64,000 bases of DNA from IMG/VR virus record IMGVR_UViG_3300027792_000292, positions 1 to 64,000 of that record; one strand, 5' to 3'. The position numbers were made by a program, and so were the translations under genes. A model generated the notes under the pieces. The model was not told where the DNA came from, searched no databases, and worked only from the letters and a program-made list of their open reading frames with translations. Shown piece by piece: positions 32,301 through 41,419 of this stretch; the stretch's first letter is position 1, and every line of letters starts with the position of its first letter. Source of the stretch: a virus.

Positions 32301-34198
32301 TTACGCCACCAACTGGAAAGAATCCATTAGACGTAACCTTCACGGATACCTCTACAGGGAGTCCTACTTCTTGGGCGTGGGATTTTGGTAATGGGGACAC
32401 GGCTTCGACACAGGGGCCTCATACTATTACATATTTAACTAATAACGTATATACTATTACTCTTACTGTTACAGGTCCTGGGCCTAGTAATACTAGTACT
32501 AAAACAGCTACGATATCGATAAAACCAAAAGCTAACTTTATATTTACCCCCACGTCTGGGCCGTTACCTTTGGCTGTGGCTTTTACTGATGCTTCGTCTA
32601 CTAATATCTCGACGTGGGATTGGGATTTTGGGGATAGCTTAGGTACCAGTAATCTGCAGAATCCAACCTATCAGTATACTGAAGTAGGGGAAAGGAATAT
32701 TAGGCTTACAGTTACAGGGCCTGGAGGTAGTGATACCATAACTCTTGGTCCCATAATAATAGAATTTCCAGGAGATGCTTATTATGTTGATTTGAATATA
32801 AATACCTCTGGAGGAATAGGTACCGCAAGTGACCCGCTTAATTATACAGAGTTTGTTAGTGCTACAGATGACACTTTACCTTATAAAATAAGAGGGGCAA
32901 GGCTTCTTACTGAAACCGACCCCTACTATGTAGATAAGATAGGATTTACTTTAGATGCCTGGGATTATAGTTTATACGGTCCCTGGAGAATAAAGGCATC
33001 TGATCCTTCTCAGTCTACATTTGTTCTTAATATAAGTGATTGTTCAAATTTGATTCTTGAGACAGAGTTTGTAAATGAAGATGGTACAGCAGGGTTAGAG
33101 TTAGGTGTTCATGGGGTAGTCAAAACTACTAGCATAAGAGTAAAGGATAAATGTATTCTCACAATGATTGGGGATGCTACTTTTAATGGATCAAATATAA
33201 TTGCAGGCCCGAGTAACTTAATATTAAATTATGATATTGGGTATAAATCAGAATTTAATAATTGTTTCATGGATGTAAAAGATATAGGAGTAACAGGTTC
33301 ATTAAGTGAATCTCAATTCTCTATACAGCATAGTGTCTGTAATCATGGCGGAAAGAATAGATTTGGTTCGGAAGTAGAAGGAATAGCCTCTTATACTGGA
33401 GTACAATTCGGGTATGATAACCCGGAACCATGGCCCGCTTGGGATGCTGGTGTAACAGGCGGTGGTTTAACAGGGTTTAACCCTGATCCTACAAAGTGGG
33501 CAAAGTGGTCCATTTGGGGAAAGAGAATTGTTATTGGTTCTGAAGATTTCTCTTCTATTCCATCAGGCCCTTTTAATGAAACTAGACTTGGAATAGGAGA
33601 CTTCTATTTTGATGCCCAGCCGGAAGAGACTGTTTCAATTTCTAAGGAAGCTTTTATAAATGTTCTGGATAGGGGACTCAAGACTAGTACAAAATTTGTA
33701 GGTATTGGATGGATAAAAAATCCGTTAGTAGCAGAAGGTCATGTATTGTATCCTATGGTAGTTTCTGATCCATATGGAGATGTCTTAGATACAAATGCTT
33801 CTTTCAGGTTAGAGATAAAAAAAGAAGGAACAGATTTCAGGTTACAATTCTCTGGTTCTAAATCTAAGTTAATAGCTAAGACTATAGATATAAAACTTGA
33901 TGATAAGCAGTGGCATTTTATTAGTTATATTTGTTTAGATGATGACGGGCATATGATGTATTATGTAGATGGGGAAAGATTAGAAGCGGAAGATGGGTTA
34001 GATGATGAAGGTTTAGAGTTCTCCATAGCAAGAACAAAAGCAGTAAGAATAGGCGGTGGAAATGTATATTGCCCGTATCTTTATGAAACTAATACTGGAA
34101 TTAATCTGTATAATTGGAGAGTTGGTATAGGATTTACTATTCATCAACAATGGATTAAAGATTTAATGAGTATAGACAGATCAGACTTGGAGATATAA
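29333..34198 (+). CDS. Large adhesin/fibre: N-terminal right-handed beta-helix, ~9 PKD domains, C-terminal LamG-like domain
   Basis: 'YVSNLATGANNGTSWVNAY' start, with GGAI/GGAV and FxxN Pmp- or pectin-lyase-like repeats. About 9 W(D/S/N/T)F(G/N)D-type PKD units. C-terminal 'LDDKQWHFISY...MYYVDG'. Confidence 0.8.
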   Translation: MAIIYVSNLATGANNGTSWVNAYSSLSSALSAAFSNDEIWLKDNGDAHPYTGTYVVNESNLKIYGGFAGTETALTQRDVLTHPARFIQNYSGIFQFSASGTTYDGLLFDLYGSISSYVSSGGAITGGTVTIRNCIFLNCVAADAGGALVIGSGSTVENCYFNSCSISPAWGGPGGAIYATSASPLVRTTIRNCAFFSNSSTTLGGAVYCEDNTLVKNCLFVGNFSSTTSGSGGGLFYSIKVPGAGYGESIVNNTFYANAAAYGGGLFIDGISGNSIDLVNNILWNNNTPPAGSWHEAVILIPVNLLYNDIRSRLDSLYFYAPTVTTETSTLYADPLFLDAAEGRFELTIPSPCRGTGKGLLDRGAISNVMDFSGSPTSGNVPLSVAFSDLSYSQGILRNTSEWSFGDSTTLLNTANPTHEYSSAGTYSVGFCGTFVGFCGVNYGPIYNIAAPTYDVLNVKTNYITAIAVIPPVAAISPSSVPTGNMPYTMTFNDVSTGIITSRSWSDGRGNTGTGSSFTVTSTENVSFPVTLTVSNSGGSSSATVQVNIRPVASFSKSATTIIEGESVTFDASSSYTNISSYIWDFGDGSPVQSVSNPTISHQYVLPGYWYVTLTVRFNGIDSHTVGSYVDVSYSPPPPGVPVVSISFNPTTGYPNTTSFNLSGSATYAGPINSWEWDFGDGTPHDLTQNTTHTFSNNRNYNVVLYATHLCGDVERTGSLTKILPVKPKAYFTPVSTTTITAGDSVTFNGTGSGVTVTNWTWNFNDGPTQTGSIVSHTFSSAGTYSVTLVATGIDGLTDSLTRTNLIVVNPAPPPPPDAPVADFTYNPSSGTVPLTVSFTDNSSGGTISSRDWDFGDGSSHSPATNPTHVYTLNKQHTVRYTVTGPGGSSYKERVVSVRPLASFYASSTSALTGELISFNGLGSTVTITNWDWTFGDSTFGTGSTIAKSYATAGTYSVTLRVTGTDGLIDSQQQINLITVYNNVTANFTFTPPTGKNPLDVTFTDTSTGSPTSWAWDFGNGDTASTQGPHTITYLTNNVYTITLTVTGPGPSNTSTKTATISIKPKANFIFTPTSGPLPLAVAFTDASSTNISTWDWDFGDSLGTSNLQNPTYQYTEVGERNIRLTVTGPGGSDTITLGPIIIEFPGDAYYVDLNINTSGGIGTASDPLNYTEFVSATDDTLPYKIRGARLLTETDPYYVDKIGFTLDAWDYSLYGPWRIKASDPSQSTFVLNISDCSNLILETEFVNEDGTAGLELGVHGVVKTTSIRVKDKCILTMIGDATFNGSNIIAGPSNLILNYDIGYKSEFNNCFMDVKDIGVTGSLSESQFSIQHSVCNHGGKNRFGSEVEGIASYTGVQFGYDNPEPWPAWDAGVTGGGLTGFNPDPTKWAKWSIWGKRIVIGSEDFSSIPSGPFNETRLGIGDFYFDAQPEETVSISKEAFINVLDRGLKTSTKFVGIGWIKNPLVAEGHVLYPMVVSDPYGDVLDTNASFRLEIKKEGTDFRLQFSGSKSKLIAKTIDIKLDDKQWHFISYICLDDDGHMMYYVDGERLEAEDGLDDEGLEFSIARTKAVRIGGGNVYCPYLYETNTGINLYNWRVGIGFTIHQQWIKDLMSIDRSDLEI
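30596..31692 (+). repeat. 23-nt identical direct repeat between two PKD domains
   Basis: AGTTCCGCAGGAACGTATAGTGT at 30596-30618 and 31670-31692. Confidence 0.8.
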
Positions 34199-34199
34199 A

Positions 34200-37100
34200 A
34201 TGGCTATATATGTTGATATAAATTCTACCTATACAGGTTCTAATCATTCAGGATCTACATCTGACCCATGGTCTTGGACACAGTGGCTATCAGCTACTAA
34301 AAATACTATTTATTATTTTAGGGGCATGAGAAGTACAAGTTCATCTATATCTTATGGTACTAGCTCATATACTATAGATGCTTGGGATTTGAAGTTATAT
34401 GGGCCGTGGAAATTAACTGTTAATGATGCAAATTCAATAAATGCTAAATACATTAATGGGTACCTATCAGTCTCTAGTACTACTGATTTTAAGTTTTCTG
34501 AACTAACAAATTCTTTTATTGTTGTTCCTACCGCTGCCTTAGTAAATATAGCAGGTAGCGGGACTATAGCAAAATCTACTTTTAAGTGTGGTACTATTAC
34601 CTGTTTAGGTACTACATCAATTACTGACTCTATAATTAATGCCTCAATAACGTTACCCTCTGGAAATGTATTAAACGTATCTGATACAGTGACCGATAAG
34701 TCAGGACCCTCAACTTTTGTAATAGGTTCAGGAACTATAACTCTTACTGACATTATATATAATTGGTCCCCACCAGCGTATCCTACGTACTCTGACCCTG
34801 AGTTATCTAATTTTAATCTTTATGACGGCTATGGCGTAGGGTACCCATTAATATGGACGTATATATTACCTTATAAAAAATATGTATTTTTGAGTTCTAC
34901 GTACACTTCAGCAGGGCATGCAGGGACAATCTCAGATCCCTGGTCTTTTGTAGATTTTAGTTCGGGTATAAGAGATAATGGGGTGTACTATCTTAAGGGT
35001 CAGTATACCATAACATCTAATTTTACGAGTACAAAAACATTTAGTATGCGAGCTTGGGATGTAGGTCAGTACGGACCCTGGAGGATAAGAGGTTCCGCAA
35101 ACTCTTTCTCTGCTATAAATGTATCTTTATACGATGGTTACCTTGAGGGGACAAATGTTAGTTACTTAAATGCTACACGAATGTATATTTACACATCATC
35201 TGGTGTAGGAACTAATACAATTAGTAGCTCAGGTACCGTATCTCAGACAACATTAGTACATAAACAGGACCTGACTATTTCTATTGGCACTGTTACTATG
35301 AGTAATGTTGTTTTTTGGGGAATAGATACTGGCGATAATATCTCTGTATCACTAGGGGCCACTTTAAATATAGATACTTGTTATACAAATAAAACAAATA
35401 GAACAAGTTTATTTACTATATCAGGTACCGTTAATGATACAAATATAACATATAGTCAAGTCTTTTCTTCACTGCCTTTATGGACATCTACAGACCTAAG
35501 AGACTTTAATTTGAATAGCTTAGGTTCGGGGGTAGCATCAGAAAATAACTGGGCAAGCGGAAATAATTTTTACATTAGTTTAGAGGAGACCTCCACCGGA
35601 AATTCTGGAACTTACGGGGATCAGCGTATTGGATGGACTGAGCTACTAACTAAGCTTGGTACTACTCTGACAGCCGGAACAATATTTTACTGTAGAGGCA
35701 GTAGGACGCTATCAGCTAACCTTAGTTATACTGCGAGTGCTATATCTTTTAAGGCTTGGGATAAATCATCTTATGGTCCATGGAGAATAAAGACTAGTAC
35801 CTATACTTTGAATATCCCTTATATAAGTCTTTATGGCGGCCTCATAGATACAACAAGCAGTAGTAGTGCTACTATGTCTTCTCTTAGTGGGTGCTATATA
35901 ATAGGAGGAGCTGGAGATATACCTATACTAAAAGGTTATGCTGCTACTTCTATAACTCTGATTGATAGGACAACATTTGTTTTAACAGGAAAGCTACAAA
36001 TAGACCAACCTCCTTTGGTAGCTAGAACATACACCTTTACTAAATGTATAATGTATACTTCTGGAGGTGCGACATTCCTTGACTCAGACTCTGGGAATAC
36101 GGTAAATATCACAGATTGTATTACTAATAAATCGAACTTAGCTAATTTCACTAATTATACTCCAGCTGTTAATGCTACTAATCTGACCTATGGGTGGACT
36201 CCTCCTGTATCGTTACCTGCATGGAATGCCACTGATTTGTACTCCTATAAACTTGTAGGGACTTCTGATGCATCCGATTATGGATGTCAAGAATTTCCTA
36301 CTATATTATATGCGGATATTGCAGTAACAAATGATTTATCAGAATATAATGGTGAAGACTTTAATAATCCCGCATCTTTTCGTACAGTATACAGCCTACT
36401 ATCAACAATAGCACGGTCTTATATTTATTTAAAAGGAGCTAGAGATATAACTAGCGAGGTAGATTATGATGTCAATAATTTATCTTATCCTAATGCTAGT
36501 ACCACAGTATTAGCATGGGATAAAAGTTTATATGGCCCGTGGCAAATAAGGTCAGAAAGTATATCTAATAAAGGAATAAATTTAGTAGATGGTATAATGT
36601 ACTCTATAAATAATATATCTATATATGGGGTACATGAACAGTCTACTGATAGTATAAGTTATAAAGGTACGTTTTTTAATGCGGGATCGGCAGTTATAGT
36701 AGGTTCCGGGAGAAAAAATATAAAAGGCTGTAGTCTTATATCAAGTACAGTATCTACATCTTTTATAGAGGATGTACCAGATGATGTTCCCTATAATACA
36801 TACATAAATGATAACTTTAATGACGGGGCCGCTAATAGTTGGTGGGATTCCGAATTTAGAACAGGTCCCGATGCTTTTGAGATAGAGCAGTTTCCTCCGG
36901 GATCAGGTAACTACGTAGCAGTACAAAATAGTGATGACGACATAAGGCTCACCCCTGATGGAGTAAGCCTTACTGGTGACTTTGAATTAGAGATGGAAAT
37001 AATTTTTGGAGCTACCCAAACAGGTAATGTGTCAGAGCATCTGATGATTTTTAATGCCGGAACAAATGCTGAAATATTAGATTATTATTGGTCTGGCGGT

Positions 37101-39815
37101 TATCTACATTTTCACGGAAGTTCTGTATACCTACCAGCATCTCCCTACGGTAGCATCTTTATAAAATTGGTAAGAATAGGCTCAAGCATCTATGCTTATT
37201 ATTCTGATATTAATAGTACAAATAGCTGGACACTACACCCTGGAAGCGCCATAACTTATAGCGGCTCTTACTATGTTGGGATAAATGGAGCTGATAATAA
37301 CGGTATAGGAGAGTTTAACTTTTCAACAGAGGGTAGTGTACCTGGGGATACGCATAGTTTTCCATACGGCAGTGTAGATGGTGACTCTTATTTAGAAAAC
37401 ACAGTAATTGATACCTCCGCTGTAAGTATAGGGTCTTGGGAGTATGCTACTATAGATATTACCTCTTCTCTGTTCTCAACTTCTCAGTGGGTTGGGACAG
37501 GGATAACATATAGTGGAACTAATCAATATTCCTGGACAAAAGCAACATCTTGGCCTCTATGGGATGAGGAAGAAGTAAATAATAGAGATATATATGGTTA
37601 TGGGCAGTGGAGCAGCAATATAACTATTTCAGGTGATTCCTCATTATGGGTTTCTTATTCTGAGGGCTTATGGGGGGAACCTCGTTTGGGAGTAGGGGCT
37701 TTTTATTTTAGCTCTTTATTAGATTTCTCAGGTGACCCCTTATTAGGGTACTTCTCTCCAGGAGGTGCTGATAGGGTGCAGTTTACTATAATAGATGATG
37801 CAGGAGCTACTAGCTGGAGATGGGATTTTGGAGATGGGACAAGTATCTTAATAACAGACCCTTTACTAAAAAATGTAGCACATGATTACACTGCTGAGGG
37901 AGTCTATACTGTATCTCTAACGCTTAATGAAAATGCCTCATTAAGGGTAACTAAATATGGGTATATAGTATGTCTTAGAATTCTTGACCTTTCTGTAATA
38001 AGTAATCCTTTATTCTACTATGGTAATGTACCAGGAACTGGAGTAACTTTCCAATTTGGAGTGACTAATCCTACAAGGACATTAGATAATACTGTAGTTG
38101 CAGGGTATAACGGATTTCATTGGGACTTTGGAGATAGCTCTACACAGGAAGGTGTTACAGGACCTTTTCATAATTACAATACTTATAATACTTTTCAAGT
38201 TGCTCTTACTCTAAGAGATATAGGTATTTCTGGTATAGATTCTACTAAGCAGACAACTACATTTTTAAGAAATGTATCTATATTTAATTTATTGATACAA
38301 GTAACTCCTAATCTTGGTTTATTACCTCTTCCAGTTACTTTCACGGTAACTTCTGCTCCTGGATCATATGAGCCTGTAACCTGGAGATGGTTATTTAGAG
38401 ATTCTTCTGAGTCTAATACTAAGAATACATCACACACCTATACTACCGCAGGAGTATATGATGTGGTTTTGATAACTGATGAAGGGTTACCTACTCAGCA
38501 GATATTTAGTTCTGATCCTTTATATCCTGGAGTAACTCAAGTAGTATCTAATATGCGGGTAGTAGCATCTGGACTAAACGCTGATTTTGAAGTAATACCA
38601 TCACATGGCTATATTCCATTTACAGGGTCATTTAATGGCTCTCTATCACAAGGATCTATTACGGGATGGGAATGGATATTTGATGATGGGTCTTCACATT
38701 TATTTGGAGTAACGGCTCCAGTCCATGTTTATGGTACAGCGGACACTTATAGCCCTAGTTTAACTGTTTATGATATTTATGGTCTTATAAGTACTAAAAC
38801 AAAAACTTTAGATATTTTACCTAGTCTAGATATAAATATCTCTTTTGATACTACTTATGTCCCCAATAATGTTACATTTACACCCGTCAATGATGACTAT
38901 GCTGAGACGTGGGACTGGGAGCTGATACACACAGATAGCATATTAGGGGAATTAATAATAGATAGGAAGAATGCTGTTACTTCCTTGGATAAAGTCTTTG
39001 TGACAGGCTTAGCGGCTCCAACAAGCTACAAAATAAGACTTACTATAACTGATGATCTTAGTAATGTATACATAGTAAATAAAACATTTAGTGTTCCAGA
39101 GCACATAGCTATAGTAACAACTCCTACCCCTGCAACAGGTAAGAATCCACTTACTGTAGACTTCTCAACTACAGGAGCTGTATATAGTACGGTGACTACC
39201 TGGGAGTGGGATTTTACTGGAGATGGTATTTATGAAGCGACTACTGAAACAGCAAGTTATACCTATCTTATAGATGCTGTTTACTTAGCTTTTCTGCATC
39301 TTACCTGGAGACTTCAGGATATAGATGTGCCAGGAAAATCAGCGACAGTATCTTTGGATAAATATGTAGGAGTTCATGTTGTTCCAAATCTTTTATCAGT
39401 AAGTATAGAAGCTACCCCAGTTATAGGACAGAAAGACTTAGATGTGAACTTTGTCGGAATAGCTAATAATCCTATAGTCTCCTGGAATTGGGAATTAGAG
39501 GGGGTTGGGAATATAGGCTCAACTCAAGAGGTAAATTATACGTTTACAGAAATAGGGAGTTACATTGTAACCCTTACAGTTTCTGATTCTTTCGGGAATG
39601 GGCCTTTATCTACAAATGTCACAATAACAGTTTTATCAGGGGTTTCTACCCCAGATATAGCTCCTGGAGATGATACTTTTTTATCTCTGGGTGGTTCAGG
39701 GAATATTGTAACTCATGAAGGTAAGGGAGTAACATTAAGGATACCTATATATGAAACCAATCCAACACCTTTCGGGTTTACAAGAAGTTACGGGCCAACC
39801 ATAATATTTGATTAG
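34200..39815 (+). CDS. Large fibre/adhesin with four 'AWDxxxYGPW' modules, a lectin-like insert and ~7 PKD domains
   Basis: AWDLKLYGPW, AWDVGQYGPW, AWDKSSYGPW and AWDKSLYGPW. ConA-like 'LTGDFELEM...KLVRIGSSIYAYYS'. PKD units WDFGDG, WDFGDS, WLFRDS, WIFDDG, WDFTGDG and others. Confidence 0.8.
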   Translation: MAIYVDINSTYTGSNHSGSTSDPWSWTQWLSATKNTIYYFRGMRSTSSSISYGTSSYTIDAWDLKLYGPWKLTVNDANSINAKYINGYLSVSSTTDFKFSELTNSFIVVPTAALVNIAGSGTIAKSTFKCGTITCLGTTSITDSIINASITLPSGNVLNVSDTVTDKSGPSTFVIGSGTITLTDIIYNWSPPAYPTYSDPELSNFNLYDGYGVGYPLIWTYILPYKKYVFLSSTYTSAGHAGTISDPWSFVDFSSGIRDNGVYYLKGQYTITSNFTSTKTFSMRAWDVGQYGPWRIRGSANSFSAINVSLYDGYLEGTNVSYLNATRMYIYTSSGVGTNTISSSGTVSQTTLVHKQDLTISIGTVTMSNVVFWGIDTGDNISVSLGATLNIDTCYTNKTNRTSLFTISGTVNDTNITYSQVFSSLPLWTSTDLRDFNLNSLGSGVASENNWASGNNFYISLEETSTGNSGTYGDQRIGWTELLTKLGTTLTAGTIFYCRGSRTLSANLSYTASAISFKAWDKSSYGPWRIKTSTYTLNIPYISLYGGLIDTTSSSSATMSSLSGCYIIGGAGDIPILKGYAATSITLIDRTTFVLTGKLQIDQPPLVARTYTFTKCIMYTSGGATFLDSDSGNTVNITDCITNKSNLANFTNYTPAVNATNLTYGWTPPVSLPAWNATDLYSYKLVGTSDASDYGCQEFPTILYADIAVTNDLSEYNGEDFNNPASFRTVYSLLSTIARSYIYLKGARDITSEVDYDVNNLSYPNASTTVLAWDKSLYGPWQIRSESISNKGINLVDGIMYSINNISIYGVHEQSTDSISYKGTFFNAGSAVIVGSGRKNIKGCSLISSTVSTSFIEDVPDDVPYNTYINDNFNDGAANSWWDSEFRTGPDAFEIEQFPPGSGNYVAVQNSDDDIRLTPDGVSLTGDFELEMEIIFGATQTGNVSEHLMIFNAGTNAEILDYYWSGGYLHFHGSSVYLPASPYGSIFIKLVRIGSSIYAYYSDINSTNSWTLHPGSAITYSGSYYVGINGADNNGIGEFNFSTEGSVPGDTHSFPYGSVDGDSYLENTVIDTSAVSIGSWEYATIDITSSLFSTSQWVGTGITYSGTNQYSWTKATSWPLWDEEEVNNRDIYGYGQWSSNITISGDSSLWVSYSEGLWGEPRLGVGAFYFSSLLDFSGDPLLGYFSPGGADRVQFTIIDDAGATSWRWDFGDGTSILITDPLLKNVAHDYTAEGVYTVSLTLNENASLRVTKYGYIVCLRILDLSVISNPLFYYGNVPGTGVTFQFGVTNPTRTLDNTVVAGYNGFHWDFGDSSTQEGVTGPFHNYNTYNTFQVALTLRDIGISGIDSTKQTTTFLRNVSIFNLLIQVTPNLGLLPLPVTFTVTSAPGSYEPVTWRWLFRDSSESNTKNTSHTYTTAGVYDVVLITDEGLPTQQIFSSDPLYPGVTQVVSNMRVVASGLNADFEVIPSHGYIPFTGSFNGSLSQGSITGWEWIFDDGSSHLFGVTAPVHVYGTADTYSPSLTVYDIYGLISTKTKTLDILPSLDINISFDTTYVPNNVTFTPVNDDYAETWDWELIHTDSILGELIIDRKNAVTSLDKVFVTGLAAPTSYKIRLTITDDLSNVYIVNKTFSVPEHIAIVTTPTPATGKNPLTVDFSTTGAVYSTVTTWEWDFTGDGIYEATTETASYTYLIDAVYLAFLHLTWRLQDIDVPGKSATVSLDKYVGVHVVPNLLSVSIEATPVIGQKDLDVNFVGIANNPIVSWNWELEGVGNIGSTQEVNYTFTEIGSYIVTLTVSDSFGNGPLSTNVTITVLSGVSTPDIAPGDDTFLSLGGSGNIVTHEGKGVTLRIPIYETNPTPFGFTRSYGPTIIFD

Positions 39816-39823
39816 GATTAAGT

Positions 39824-40471
39824 ATGATAAGACCAAAAATAACAGTAATAGATGCTAAATCTACCCCATTAATTGCTGATAGTACAGTAAGAATAAGGGC
39901 TGCATCATTTGTCTATGAAAATAATTGGGTAAATTTTGAGGGCACCTTATTCAATGTTACTGACTATATATCAAGTGTAGTAGTATCCCCAAGGACTAGG
40001 TTCTTCATTAATAGGAATTATGCAGTTTATCTTGTCGTAGGTTTAACTAAAGATGGAGAAATTACAGTATTAGAGGGGCCTCAAGTAGATATTACAAAAC
40101 AAACTGTGATACCTGCTCCAGATACGTTCAATATTATCCCTTTGGTAGGCATCACCCTGATACAGGATGGAACGACCGATATGATTAACGGGTTTAAACC
40201 GTTAAAAGATACCAACGTAACTTTCTTCTCTGGGACTGGAAATGTAATTGATAAAAATAAACTTGGAGACCCTGGAATTGATAGCAATGATTTCGGGCAC
40301 ACAGGAGTTCAGGGGTTGACTGGAAGTGAAGGTACTAACGGCATTACGGGGTATGCAGGAGTAACGGGGCATAAAGGAAGAATGATTCCTGGAGATGTAG
40401 GTGACACAGGACTAAATGGTATGACAGGTATAAATTGGGCTATACATATCCCATTTAAGCTATTCTTTTAA
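39824..40471 (+). CDS. Short collagen-like fibre protein
   Basis: G-X-T triplets (GHTGVQGLTGSEGTNGITGYAGVTG). The N-terminal domain is paralogous to those of 40503 and 27001. Confidence 0.75.
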   Translation: MIRPKITVIDAKSTPLIADSTVRIRAASFVYENNWVNFEGTLFNVTDYISSVVVSPRTRFFINRNYAVYLVVGLTKDGEITVLEGPQVDITKQTVIPAPDTFNIIPLVGITLIQDGTTDMINGFKPLKDTNVTFFSGTGNVIDKNKLGDPGIDSNDFGHTGVQGLTGSEGTNGITGYAGVTGHKGRMIPGDVGDTGLNGMTGINWAIHIPFKLFF

Positions 40472-40472
40472 C

Positions 40473-40487
40473 TAATAATCTAATAAT
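40473..40487 (+). promoter_or_regulatory. Putative late-promoter motif TAATAATCTnnTAAT
   Basis: TAATAATCT-AA-TAAT, 15 nt before the ATG at 40503. Confidence 0.55.
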
Positions 40488-40502
40488 AAAACAAGGCATA
40501 TT

Positions 40503-41405
40503 ATGGGTTTAAGTACAAGAAAAGAAGGGGACTTTACTACAATTACTAAAGACGCGACTGTTTATGGGGATAATATAGTCTTCATAAGAGGCGGCTCCGT
40601 AATAATTAATGATACATGGGTTCACTTTAATGACATTACTATTGATATAAAAAAAGCTATAGATGACTATATAAAAAGTAGTCCGAGACTATTTAATGCC
40701 AGAAAAGGTATCATATATATACTTATATGCATGACAGAATCAAGTTCTATAGTATTAGTTCCAAGTATTTCTTTTTTACAGACTACCTCAGGAGAGATAA
40801 GGTCTTTTCCAGATCTTTCAGGAAAACTTCCTCTTCTTATGGTAAAATTGATTCAGGATGGGTCTTTCGGTTTAACCGGGTACAATCCCATTACAAAAAA
40901 TGATATACAGATATATGATGGTTATGGTAATTTTACGTTAAAAGGAGATCTTGGGGATACTGGTGCTAAAGGAGATACTGGAGCTTTAGGGATAACAGGG
41001 GTACAGGGGCTAACAGGTCATGGGGGTATAACAGGAAATCCTGGGATAACAGGGATAGATGGTATCTCAGTTAAAGGTGTAACAGGGCATGTTGGTAATG
41101 CTGGAGATCGCATCCCGTGGTTTACTCCTGATCGTGTAGCCTTACCGATAGTAGACTTTATAGGTGCTCCTACTGGTGGAAATATAACATATACAGTTGC
41201 ATTTACTGATTTGTCTACTGGGAATCCTACAGAGTGGTTTTGGGATTTTGGAGATGGAGAATCGTCAACTGAACAAAATCCTGTTCACGAATACTATTTT
41301 CCAGATGTTTTAGATAATCCTATATTACATGATGTATATCTTAGAGTAGAGAATGAAGCTGGTTACGGAGAAGAGTTAAAGTTTGATTACATAGTTATAG
41401 CTTAA
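40503..41405 (+). CDS. Collagen-like fibre protein with C-terminal PKD domain
   Basis: GDTGAKGDTGALGITGVQGLTG... triplets, then PKD 'FTDLSTGNPTEWFWDFGDG...NPVHEY'. Confidence 0.8.
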   Translation: MGLSTRKEGDFTTITKDATVYGDNIVFIRGGSVIINDTWVHFNDITIDIKKAIDDYIKSSPRLFNARKGIIYILICMTESSSIVLVPSISFLQTTSGEIRSFPDLSGKLPLLMVKLIQDGSFGLTGYNPITKNDIQIYDGYGNFTLKGDLGDTGAKGDTGALGITGVQGLTGHGGITGNPGITGIDGISVKGVTGHVGNAGDRIPWFTPDRVALPIVDFIGAPTGGNITYTVAFTDLSTGNPTEWFWDFGDGESSTEQNPVHEYYFPDVLDNPILHDVYLRVENEAGYGEELKFDYIVIA

Positions 41406-41419
41406 AATAAACAGGTATT

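Noticed and set aside
29333-41405. Diversity-generating retroelement targeting the fibre genes
   Set aside because: No reverse transcriptase in the window, and I saw no ~100-nt repeat pair differing only at adenines. The repeats found are short exact in-gene duplications.
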